Positions 25,991-38,200 of a stretch of DNA of 64,000 nt are shown here, piece by piece. Positions within the stretch are counted from its first letter, which is position 1. The number at the start of each line of letters is the position of its first letter. Source of the DNA: Paramecium tetraurelia (Eukaryota); the NCBI GenBank assembly GCA_000165425.1, contig CT868664.1:62001-126000 (forward strand). Reading direction: 5' to 3'. The position numbers and the translations under genes were made by a program. Below the pieces are notes generated by a model that saw only the letters and a program-made list of their open reading frames with translations, did no database searches and was not told the DNA's origin.

Positions 25991-26021
25991 ATAAAACTTA
26001 ATATTATAAATAGGAAAATGA

Positions 26022-26832
26022 TCATACTTTGTAGATTGACTTTTGTTTTTCAATGAAGGATTTCCATTTTTCTTTGGGTATTTATTATTTTTATACATCA
26101 TAATACAATGGTTCTATCCAATACATCCATTCATTTTAAATCAACTCTTTAACCAATCCTTAGAATAATAGTTTATCGTCTTAATTCACAATTTGCTTAA
26201 TGATTTTTTCAATTTATATTTTATCACTAAAGTCAAGTCCTTGTAGTGTGCGTATTTTGAATATGATATTGTTGAACTCGGGATCCAAGCGTAAGTTCAA
26301 ATCGTCTTGTTTGGTCTCTACGATTTGGATTAACTAATTTTAAATTCATTCTTATTACTTTTTGTAGTAGCTATTGGTATGTTCCTTAGTAGAGCTAGGA
26401 CTTTTGTTTAATGGTTTCAATTTCCTATAAAAGTAAGGATTTAATATTGTTATTATGATGATTAGAGACTCTCGTAACTTACTTCTACTCAATTTTTTGA
26501 TGAGTTAGATCTACGCTGTTATCTTATTCAAAAATTCTATGTCTTTTACCTGGTGTAGATTTATATCTTGTTTAGCTTAATTCTTTTCTTACTTTTATGT
26601 CAGGTAATTCTTCGAAGATTCTATTTCTCTGAGGAGTTAGATGATCAATCTGATTTCCCTTGGGGATTATTTCAAGCTTGATATCATTTTCTTATGGTGA
26701 ATGATTGGCTGCCTGAGTTAAGAAATATTGATGATTAGTTTGTTTTGCTAAGACTTCAGGGTTTTGATTGTATTGATAGCCATGAGGTAATGGTAATGTT
26801 TGATCTTGTTATCTGTTATAGAAAAATGACAT
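26022..26832 (-). CDS. Hypothetical protein
   Basis: ATG at 26832 (MSFFYNRQQDQ), one 25-nt intron. Ends at TGA 26022 unless a 31-nt GTATGA..TAAG intron joins it to the downstream ORF. Confidence 0.55.
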
Positions 26833-26877
26833 TTAATTTATTTATTAAAATTAATCATATGTAAATTGTTATTACAA

Positions 26878-29073
26878 TCACTACTTGACTTTCAAATTGA
26901 TCTTTATTTATTCAATGTTATTAATGGAAAGTGGATCTGAATTAACGGAATCACATTAAACCTCCTCTTTGTCCATTTTAATTTAATTCTTTTCCCATTG
27001 GATAAAGTGGGATACTTCAAAAATGTCTCTGACCTCTTGTCCTAATTTTTCAATCAGCTTCTCATTAATTTTGTTACTCTATTGCAATGATTAATGAATA
27101 TGATCATAGGCCTATATTATATATAGTCATTGTCACCTAAAATAACTTATAGTAAGCATTAAGTGATTCATCTTAATGGTAACATTCCAACTGAGTAGAA
27201 TTAGTCCTGACACTGTCCAAGGTCCTTCTTACTAAACTCCGAGTCATACATTACTCTTCCTCGTAACTATTGATCACCTGTTTCGGAGCAAAGTCAAACA
27301 ACATTAACTAATCTTGAGTTAACAAGAGTTCTTTCAATACGTTAATTTCTTTGACTTTGTCTATGATAACACAGAGATCCAAATCTTTATTAATCTTTTT
27401 TCTAATTATATATAATTGCATTTTACATGGCTTTTTGGAGAAGAAGGCTGTTGCGGTCAGTAAATAGTTTAGAGCAGAAGATACTGGAGAGAATATATTT
27501 ATAGTTGAATAGAATGGGTTTGCTTCGACTTAATATCTTTTAGATTTACTAAGTTAAGTAACTCTTTCGATCACTAATTCCAAGTTATTTAATAATTTAT
27601 TCTTGTTCTTACTAGAATAAACGCTGTTCTTCTTGCCGATGAGTAATGATTAATTCTGTCTTGGCTGGATATATTTCATCCTGTTTGGATGTAAATTAGT
27701 CTTCTCTTTTCGTTGTATCATTTAAGATCAATTTTTAATTTTGCGTGTACTTAGGAGATTGCAGTTGAGATTACAGTTCCTGATCTTAAGGTTATTCTTA
27801 ATGTTTATTAATAATGATAGTTCTGCTTTTAGCCCTGGCTATGGTTTTCTTGATTTCTCTTCTCTGTTGAGTTTCTGCTTGAGAATCATTCTTAATTGGA
27901 AAATCGTAAATCTGGTTGGCCAAGTCGATCATAACTAGAGAAATCAAGCAAAGTGTTACATCTCGATTTATTATAGGATTTGATGAGGACTCCGAAGATA
28001 AGAGCAACGATATTTGCAAATCCTCCAAGATAAGAGAGCAAATCTGCAATATCCTAGAAGTCCCTTCTGATGACATAGGTGTAGGGACTTCTTCTCATGT
28101 AGATGGCTGAATATTGTTGTCCGTTGTTTTGGACAGTGCTGGTTTTGAAGTCCCCAGCCTTCTTCACATTGAAGACGTTTTCCTGGAGGTCTTTGAGATA
28201 GGGAAATATGTTGTCATCGGTGGTGATGTTGTATTTTTGATAAAAGACATCTGTTTCAGTGCCCGTTTGGATCAGAAAGGAGAAAAAGGACTCATCATCC
28301 AAAAAGACTTGGGACATATTCTACACTTATAATGGGTTGATTACATTATTGGTCATGTACCTAAAATGAGTAAATTACTTACATTTTGATTCTAAAAGAA
28401 CGTTCGGACTGGAGATACTTATCTCTGGTTTGAGAACTTGCACATTCGGGTTTCCAAGTCAACATGGAATTGGATGCTGTATTATTGGAGCAGTCGCTTA
28501 CAGCTATTTTGACGAACTCGAAAAGGTCACTTGTGTAACCACCACTTAATATGATAGAGTAGTTGTGTTGAGGACATAACCATTCCTAGAGATTGAGTGA
28601 GGAAAACTGGGGAGTGAAATTCTAATTCTGAAAAATGTTTTGGAACCGATCTTCAGTGCAGGGGATGAGATCGATGAAATTATCAGTTTTGTTTAAGGTT
28701 CCATCTGAAGATCTTATGTATCTGCGTTATCTGAGAGTGAGGTTGAAGAAAGGCTGAGTGTTGAATTTGGGTTATTCAACTGCTATGGCGAACATGTAAT
28801 TGTTGTCGTTTAATTCAATTCTGTCTGGATTGGAATCGAAGATTGTCTGAGTGTTCAGATTTATCACATCTCTGTTCAGAAAGTTAACGATGTTCTATTG
28901 AAAGAAGAATCCTATAACAGCAATAATTGCAAGAGAGAATAACCCACCAACTGCAGTTTAGTACTAATTCTCTCCATTAAAATTCAATTGTATGTTTTAC
29001 CCAAAAATATCCACTTTCTTAAAAACTTGAATACTAATTGATTCTTACATTCTGAAGATTTTTTCATCATCAT
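26878..29073 (-). CDS. Ciliate two-transmembrane protein with large extracellular loop (paralog B)
   Basis: VDIFGQ..YQTAVGGLFSLAIIAVIGFFF; LIPCTEDRF; WLCP; RRDFQDIADLLSYLGGFANIVALIFG; DLANQIYDF. First intron and post-TM2 intron are at the same positions as in paralog A. Confidence 0.85.
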
Positions 29074-29096
29074 TATAATATTTTAAATTTATTAAC

Positions 29097-30043
29097 TCAA
29101 TATTTATAAAACCCTCTCCCCGATTTTTTGCCCAACCAACCAGCATTTACATAATTGACCAACAATGGACAAGGTCTATATTTGGAATCCCCAAGATCCT
29201 GATGCAACACCCTCATTATTTCTAGGCAAGTGTCCAAACCAATGAAGTCCGCCAAAGTTAACGGGCCTGAAATTTTATGTAATTGTACCCATAGGGACGT
29301 TTGTACCTAATTTCATTGCTTTGTCAATTCCCTCCACGGTTCCAATTCCTTCGTGTAAGGTTTGGATAGCCTCGTTGATATAGGGCATAAGAATTCTATT
29401 TGCAATGAATCCCGGAATGTCTTGGGCAATCACTATTTCCTTCTTCATTTTAGATGCCAACCTATATTAGAATGAATTGATGCAAGTACTCTAAGGTAGT
29501 GTCCAATGTTTATTGAGAAGTCTAAAGTCCCTTGATGACCTCGATCAATTTCATGACTGGCACTGGATTCATGAAATGCATTCCAATAATACGATCAGGC
29601 CTATCTGTGATTCCAGCCAACTTTGTTATGGAGATGGAGGAGGTGTTACTAGCCAATATGGTTTCAGGCTTTGTTGCTTTGACTAACTATCTGAAAATTT
29701 CTGCCTTCATTTCGAATTTCTCAGGAGCTGCTTCAACAACAAAATCACAAGATGCCAAATCAGACATTTGCAAATGAAAACTGAATCTCTACAAAACATC
29801 TGTTTTGATTTGATCTGTCATCCTATTCTTTTGAATTTCCTTGTCGCACCATTTCGACACAAAATTGTGACTTGCATTCAATCTAATCTTCATGTTTGCT
29901 ATTTACCTTTATTCATTCACATCAACCACTCGTACTCTCAATCCTGCTACTGCACTTCCAACTATGGCGATGCCTGTCCCCATTTGTCCAGCACCCACAA
30001 CTCCCAAGACTGTCGAAAATCTGTATCTAAGAAATTATTTCAT
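29097..30043 (-). CDS. 3-hydroxybutyryl-CoA (3-hydroxyacyl-CoA) dehydrogenase, probably mitochondrial
   Basis: Short presequence [79 protein letters not shown]. Two introns. Confidence 0.95.
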
Positions 30044-30053
30044 AATTATTTAA

Positions 30054-31478
30054 ATGACGGACAATTTAATAACAGCACCTTATTTTTCTTCAAAGAAGAA
30101 GTTCTTTTACAAAAATCTCCTTGACGAGAATTCTAGGGTGGACTTCATCTCACAATATAGAATGATTTAAAAAATGAAGGATTCAGGCCAACCTCTACAA
30201 ACACAAGAATACACTCACAGAAACGAATACAAACCTCTCTTCACTTTTGGATCTCCCAAGCATTCTCTCGAACAAATCACTACCAAATAATCCACTCATC
30301 TAACCACCACCCAACGTGTCATTCCAAATACCATCGCTTCATTTGATAGAGAAGAGTCATTACCCACGATTTCGAGAAAAAAGAGAGCAAACATCAAAAA
30401 AATCAAGATGATCACACAAGCCCAACAGGATCTACAAATACTCGACTATCTCGAGTATGTCAAACAAACTCAATTACAAAAAAAACAATTGAACAACATC
30501 TTTGAAAAATTGGACGAAAAAGAAGGAGATACATTTGTTTCCCTAAATCAATTAAAACAGAACCATCTCAAGTCAATTAAGGCTGAATAAAACCTATACA
30601 TTCATAAACTTATATTTAGTTCCTTTGCTGTCTACTCCATTAAAGTATTGAAATAAATTACCATTTAAGAAATTATTGATCTATATTTGGCTGCCCAAAA
30701 AATACAAACAAGCCAATTCAGCTCAGTAGAATAAATCGTTCAATCCTTCTTATCAGATTTAGAAATCGCCTCCAGAATTTATAACTCAACCAAACTCATG
30801 GCCTCTGCCCTATGTAAAATTACTGGCATTGATTACAAACTCTTCTATCTCCTTTACAAACCCAAACGAATCCTCCCCAACTCTGAAGGCTACGTAATTG
30901 ACGAGAACTTTGCAAACAATTACCAATACACCCACATTGACTGCTACGATGTCTACTATAGAATATTTGGAGCCGGAGACTTGCCATACGAATATCTAGA
31001 GCACATGAAGGACTTCTATCCTCAAGAAGCACCCCCCACCATGTTCAATAACCAAATCAGACTAAAGGACTATAAACTATCTAAGTAGAAGTTGGAGAAC
31101 GATTTCGGAAAGGACAAGACTGGCTGGTACAATAATGCCAACAAAATTGAGGTAGACTTGGACTTCATTAGAAAATTGCTCTATTACCAAAAAAATCTCC
31201 AAATTTCACTCAAGAACAAGCAATAAGATATCATCGTAAACAAGCAGTTGTAATTGCAGCACTATACCAAATAAGTTATCACTGAACAACCAGAAGAACA
31301 AAAGCAGAGGCAAATGATGTAACAAACCAACTCTCTTTTGTACAAAATCGAAACTGTCGAAAATTAAATAGGAACCTTCCCATTGGTATCGAGAGCGAAT
31401 CGTTATTTCTATGAGAATCTACATTACCTTGAGAGAATACAGAATAAAATTAAGAAGAATGATTATTAAATATAATGA
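30054..31478 (+). CDS. Hypothetical protein with one EF-hand-like segment
   Basis: Intronless ~474-codon code-6 ORF; NNIFEKLDEKEGDTFVSLNQL. Confidence 0.7.
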
Positions 31479-32016
31479 ACAATTATATTATACCTTTATT
31501 TCAAACAATTGTATTGAATTATAGATATTCTATTCATTTGATTAGTCAGTATTTTCAATATTCAATAATCTTTTCTAAACACATTAAGTATGTAACTCCT
31601 TATATTTTTAAGTATTAATTTCAACATAATTATATAGATTTCCATTATATAAGAAACAGTATTATCGATAAACCAGTATCATTAGAAAAGTATTTACAAT
31701 CAATTAAAACTTATATTACTCTGATTAAAATATATATTAGATTAATTTCATAAAACAATTGTAAAATAAATGGAATTTGATAATTTTCGATTTAGAGCAT
31801 TAGGTCCTATATGATAATATATGTACTAATAATCTATTTTCTCAATATATTTATAATATTGAGTAAAAGTGTTATTAAATCAACTTTAATGAGTAAAATC
31901 TTTGTCTTACAATTTATTTACTGATTAGGTTTATGAGTTCTTGTTTTCAAGAATATATATACAAACATATATCTACAACTTACAAGTTACAAATTTTTTA
32001 CATTTAATTTAATAAA

Positions 32017-34577
32017 ATGTAATATCGAGATGAAAGTGATCTTACTTAAGAGGAAAACAATAATTGCAATTAAAATTAAAGTTTATTTTGATATCTAATT
32101 AGAAATAAGTAGCTAAGGACTAATCATATCAAAAGAAGAAGAAGATTAAATCGTAGATATGAATGGAGATGCATTTAAATTAAACCAAAACTGTGATGCT
32201 GAGAACGATCACCAAAAATGTCAATAAGAATTACAAATATCTTACAACTCTCTCTCAGATGAATCCGATCATTACCTTTGTGACCACTTTTACCAAGGAA
32301 TAGAGCAGATAAATTTTGATGATGAACATGAAAACTTTTAGGAAAAATCAAATATTATCAATAAAACTTAATTAAGCTAGGAAGAAATCATGCAAAATCA
32401 GATTAGTGATTATGATGATGATGAAGCACATAAAAAATCAGAATAAAATAATTAGAATTAAAATGTAAAACTAAAAAACTAAGTATTTTAGATAGAAACA
32501 ATAAAGGAGAAGATGAATCGTTTAGATTAAGAGTATACAACTAGACTTTCCAATTATCAAGAAAAAAAGGACAAAGAATATAATACTCTAAAGGAATAAT
32601 TGCAGAAAAAATTACAAGAAAATGAAATAATACTACGCTAATAAATTGAAGCTGAAAGAATTGAGTTGACAAATTAGTATCAAAAGTAGAGTGAAGCTGA
32701 AGAGAGCATGGTAAAATAAAAGTAAATGAAAATTAAAGAAAACCTGGGTCGCGAATTCATAATTTGTGTCTAAAAGGTGAATATGAAGATAGGAAAGCAA
32801 TTATTGGAAGATTTAGAATAATATAAATAACTAAAATAGAAATCTAATCAAAGTAAACTCAACCTTCTGTAACATAAGCTTTATTTGAATCGCTTAGTTA
32901 ATACTAAGAAGATAATCTAAAAAAAATAATCTGATTAAAATAAAAATTCTTCCATTGAAACTTCAGAAAAGAATAAGTTCCTGCAAAATGAATTTAATTA
33001 ATATCGAATATAAATCATTGAATCTATTGAATAGAATATTTAATTACTAGATTAACAGAATGCTGTTAAGCTTCATAAAGAAAAAGAGCTTCTAAAAAAA
33101 GAGTATAATTAAAAATTTGAATCTTAAAAAGCCGAATTAAAATACTAAATCGCTTAATAGTAGAATAAAAACAAAATAATTGATAAATATGCCAAATAAA
33201 TTTTCGAGAATCATATCATAGAAAGAAGGAATTTTAAAGAACAATAATTTTAAGATGAAATAAAATATATTTAATAAAAAGAACTCAAGATTGCTTCGTA
33301 TTTAAACCTTGATTGCAATGACAAGGAAGTCAAATAAATAAAAGTTGATAATTTAAAATAGTTTTTAGCCTTAAAATAATAATTGAATGAAACATTATCT
33401 AACAAGATCTAACAACTCAAAATGGATTTATAGAATACTTACTAAATAATGAAAAGCAACTTAGCCGAAACCTATATTGAAAAGACTTGAAAAGCAAAAG
33501 AGGCTTCATGAAAATAATCGCCAATATAGATAAATATTAGAAGTGTTCCAAGATACCATTAAAAAGTAGAAATTTATAGATGAATTTTCTGAGAATATTC
33601 AAAGCCTAGAGATTCAAAAAAAATAGATGGAACAATATTTACAATGTTAACAGATCAAAATTGAAAACAATTCGTTATAAGATGCATCCTCTCAATTAGA
33701 CATGATCAATTCTGACTTCGAATAAATTTGTGATAGAGTCCAAATACTTAAATTATAGGATTAGGAGGTTTAAAAGGAATTAGTACAGCTATAAAGAAAG
33801 CGTTATAAATTAGAATCAAATCGCTAATACAAACAATACAAGTCATAAATGATATATAATTGTTCGCAGACTCTTAATGAATTAAATGATCGTTTTAATA
33901 ATGGCTAAATAGATTTAAGCAAGCCTTTGGAAATTTCTGAGTCATCTTCATAAGAACAAGTGTCTTCAAAAATTGAAGAATCTCAATAATTTCCAACTTA
34001 AATGGATCTTGTTGAAGTGATGAATTTACAATATATGTATAAATTTATATAATCTGAAGGAAAAAATGGAAGGCTTTTGTATTGAATTAAAGAATAATTT
34101 GGACTCTGCAAGATGAAATGCGTAAAAGAGAAAAAGCAAAACTCAAAAAGATGGGGAATAAACTAAATAAAGATATCAGAAATATTGAACAGGAATTTTA
34201 ACAATAAAATAACATAAAGAAGAAAAATGAATTTAGATTAGAATTTTTAGAAAAATAGGGATAGATCTTAAAGTAATAATAATCCCAAATAATTGCTAAT
34301 GAATAAAAAGGAATTTAATGGAAATAAATATTACAGTAGAGAAAGAAGGTGTTAGATAGTATGAATTTCTATACTTCTGATCAATCCCCAATTAAAAAAT
34401 CACTAGAGGAATTAGATAATTTGTACGTCCAATATATTAATATTGATAGTGAAACTGACAATTTGCAACAAAATGTTTAGGTATTATTTACTCTCATTTT
34501 AGGCTGAAGGGTAAACTAAATATAAACTTTATTCGCCTAGTTAATATTCTTTTATATCACAGAAGTAAAACTTTTGA
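32017..34577 (+). CDS. Q/E/K-rich coiled-coil protein with an apparent 1-nt frameshift near 33480
   Basis: Three tiny introns. Frame breaks at ATT GAA AAG ACT TGA and resumes +1 as AGA CTT GAA AAG CAA. Confidence 0.6.
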
Positions 34578-35247
34578 TTTATAATATATATTATTTAAAT
34601 GATTCTAATGGTTTTTCATAAATTATAAACTTGACTTCTTAAGTGTTAGATATTCTTTACAAATTATTTGATAAGGAATTTATACTTTATGATAGTTATC
34701 AGCTATCTTAGCATAATTATTAATTGGTTTTGTTTTCTTAATCTTTCGAATTACTAATAATTTGCTATTGTGTTAGAATGCTGTGTTAACATAGATTAAA
34801 ATTAGATTAACTTTATGTATTCTATTGGTTAAATATAATGAATTTGTCAATTTTATAATTTAAATTTAACCTTTATGAGATAGATGGATATAAGATAAAA
34901 AAATTTTACAAAATTCAAAAAAATAAACTAATAGTATTCTAAAAATACAGTAATTTTATATTATAAGTACCAATGATTATTTTATTGTAAACAGGATATC
35001 TGCAACATGAGAGAATATGTAGTTGTAAATTACAGGTAAAGTAAAATTACAATGGTTCCACGAAGTTTTGTAAAATTTTATTTCTCTTTGGTAGAGTTAG
35101 ATTGGATAGTATATGTGATTGAATTTTCTTTTTGAATTGGGTGAGAATGAGAAGTAAATAAAAGGAGTTGAATAGAATCTAGGTAATGAGAGTATTCTAC
35201 CTGATGTATGAGAATAATAAAAAACGGTTTTACATATTTATTTTTTT

Positions 35248-38200
35248 ATGAAGAAATTGTTATTGCTATTGCTTGCTACCCTAAGTTTTGCAGAGGTCTG
35301 CGTAGTTAGGGTAGGCATGACTTATTACGAAGCAAGAGACTTAGATATTAGTAGATTCAATTGTTACATGAACTTTGATGGAACCATTGAAGCACTAACA
35401 AGATGGGTTGATATAATTGAGCATCGAGAATAATTGTTAAATGACTTGGAAGTGTTAGCAAAAATGATCAAGATTATTGAGAGTGCAAAGTAGGCTACCA
35501 CGGTGATTCGTGATTATGAACGAAATCGGCCATCTTTTAAAGCATTTCTCTAAAATGAGTGGACATCATGCAGAATTGATGATGCTTACGATTACGTGCA
35601 GCGTCTAAATGCTTAAAGAACAAAGGAAGAACGAGTCGCATTGGCTAATTCGATTATAAATTACTTGAGAAATGCAGAGAAGTAGATCTATGGATATGTG
35701 GATTCATGTCGAAATGTTAGATTAGCTACACATTTGAAATAAAAGATTGCATAATTAAAGGCTTTGAAACAAGTTTGTGAATAAGAACTTAAAAGACCAT
35801 AACCCAGAGAGGTAATTATAGAAAGTGATGATGATGATGTAGTATATTACTTTGAAGAATAAGCTATTGAAGAAGTTTATGATTATGTTTATGTTTATGA
35901 GGATGAAATGGAAGCTGAATTTCCAGTAGATGATTCAGAGCCCTAAGTTTATAAATATGCTTAAACTCCGAAAGTGACAAAGAGCTCTGTGATTAAGACC
36001 AGAGAAATATATGGTGCTCAAAAAGATACGAGCAAAGTGGTTGATGCTCATTCCACCTATGGACCCATTGAATATATCAGAAGTGGAGTTGGAGAAGAGT
36101 GTGAATATTATGGAGATACAGTAAACTAACCAGAGCCAGATTATGTGGATGGAGTGGAAGAAACAGAAGAGCACCCTCAATAAGTAACTGAGGATCCAGT
36201 GCCAGATGATAAAAAAGTGGAAGAGGAGGAAGTTGTGAAGGAAGACACTACAGAAGAAGTAATCTAAGATGAACCAGTGCCAGATGATGAAAAGATTACA
36301 GAAGAAGAAAATACATCAGAAGAAGTAATCCAAGATGATCCAGTACCAGATGATGAAAAGATTACAGAGGAAGAGAGTACTGAGGATGAAATTATAACAG
36401 AGGAAACAATTGAAGATGAGCCAGTGCCTGATGATGAGAAGATTACAGAAGAAGAAAATATTACAGAAGAAACTACAACTGAAGAGATTATTGAAGATGA
36501 ACCAGTTCCAGATGATGAAAAAATTACAGAGGAAGAAGCCATAATTGAAATTACAGAGGAGACTATCGAAGAAATCACTCAGGAGGAGAAGAAGGAAGAT
36601 GATAAGCCTGTTGACAAATAAAAAGTGAAGCCAAAAAGAAAAGAAAAAATAAAGAAGGAAGAGAAGAAAAAAAAGATAAATTAAAAAGATGCAGAAGTAA
36701 TTAATAAAAAGAAGAAAAAAACAGAAACTAAAGAAACGAAGAAAACTGAAGTTAAAACATAAGAGGTTACAAAGAAGAAATAGAAAACTGTATCAGAAAA
36801 GAAGAAGAAGAAGGAGGTTGTTGAAGAGAAAAAAGAAGTTAAAAAGTAAGATGATCCCGTTGAAGAGAAAAAAGAAAATGGAGAAGAGGATGGAGAAGTA
36901 TGTGTACCTTAATTTAAAAAGAAATCAAAGAAGGTTGTGAAGAAGGTTAAGAGAACAGGACCTCGTCCTAAACCTGGTTAAAAGACTAGAAAAGAAGCTA
37001 AGTAAGAGAAGAAGATGGCAAAAAAGCAGCCTTTACCTGCAATTTGTTATGGAAAGAAACATTATGTTGAAGAAATTGTTGGAGAAGAAATAATTTAATC
37101 CAAAAATAAAGGAGCTAATTATTTAGCTGTAGAGAATTTACTTAATGATTTAGTTAATGAAGATAAACATGATGATTAAAATGAGCATGACAGATCTGTC
37201 AAGTTAACATCAGTTAAGGATGAATTTAATGCCAATGAACCAACGCAATTTTAACCACCCAAACATAGAGCAAGCAGCGGCAGAGTTCAAGAAAAGAAAG
37301 CCATTGCTGTAAACACTAAGTATTTCAATTCAGATTTTGATGGTGAACCTACTTAAGTGTTTGAATTTGAGGATAGAGCATTATTACAAGATGCATCTGA
37401 ATATGGATATGGATTTTGGGTGAGATTCAGCGAACATTCAACCAAATAGCATGCTAGAGAAGAGGGCCAATATTATTTCTTATCAAGAATGACAACGAAT
37501 GAGGAATATGAAGACTTTTCATTTTATGGTGACAGAACATTAGCTCTATTTTTGTATGACAACTCGTTTGTATTTTCAACTTATGATATCACAACCTAAA
37601 GTAAGACAAAAGATACTAATGTCGTATTGAATGAGAGCATGGATAGTATTTGGTATTTTGTCGTATACACTTACAGTTCTTAATAACGAAAGGTTGTGGG
37701 ATATGTAGTAAAATATGGAGAGGGCGCACCTAAATATAGAATTGAAATTGAAGCCTAACATGTTCCACCTACATATGTTAAATTCATTTTTGGAGGAAAG
37801 CATATGGATTATTTGGGATTGAATGGATAATTTGCAAATATCTTTTATGATGTAGATGCTCCTGCATTTATTGATGGAGATGAATCCTTAGAAGAAATCA
37901 TTAAGACTTTGAGTAATATGCCCCAGTAATTGCCAATTTTGATAGAAGAAACAATCATTAGCAAACCAATTTTAATTAATGGCAATGAAAAAGGAGAGCA
38001 TTATCATTTTGATCCTCAAGAGTCCCAATTATTGATTGAAGAGTATGCAGTCGCTTTTTGGTTTAGATGGGTGGATGATCTTAAAGTAGATGAACCTAAT
38101 GCCTTTTAACTCATTAATCTGAGATCCAATAAGGTGCGTGCTCAAGGAAAAGGAGTTTTGGGAGATAGATCTTTGGAAGTTCATCACATCTATGGTGGAG

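Noticed and set aside
36264..36578. Ser-rich minus-strand ORF in the ORF track
   Set aside because: Antisense shadow of the acidic repeat in the giant plus-strand gene.
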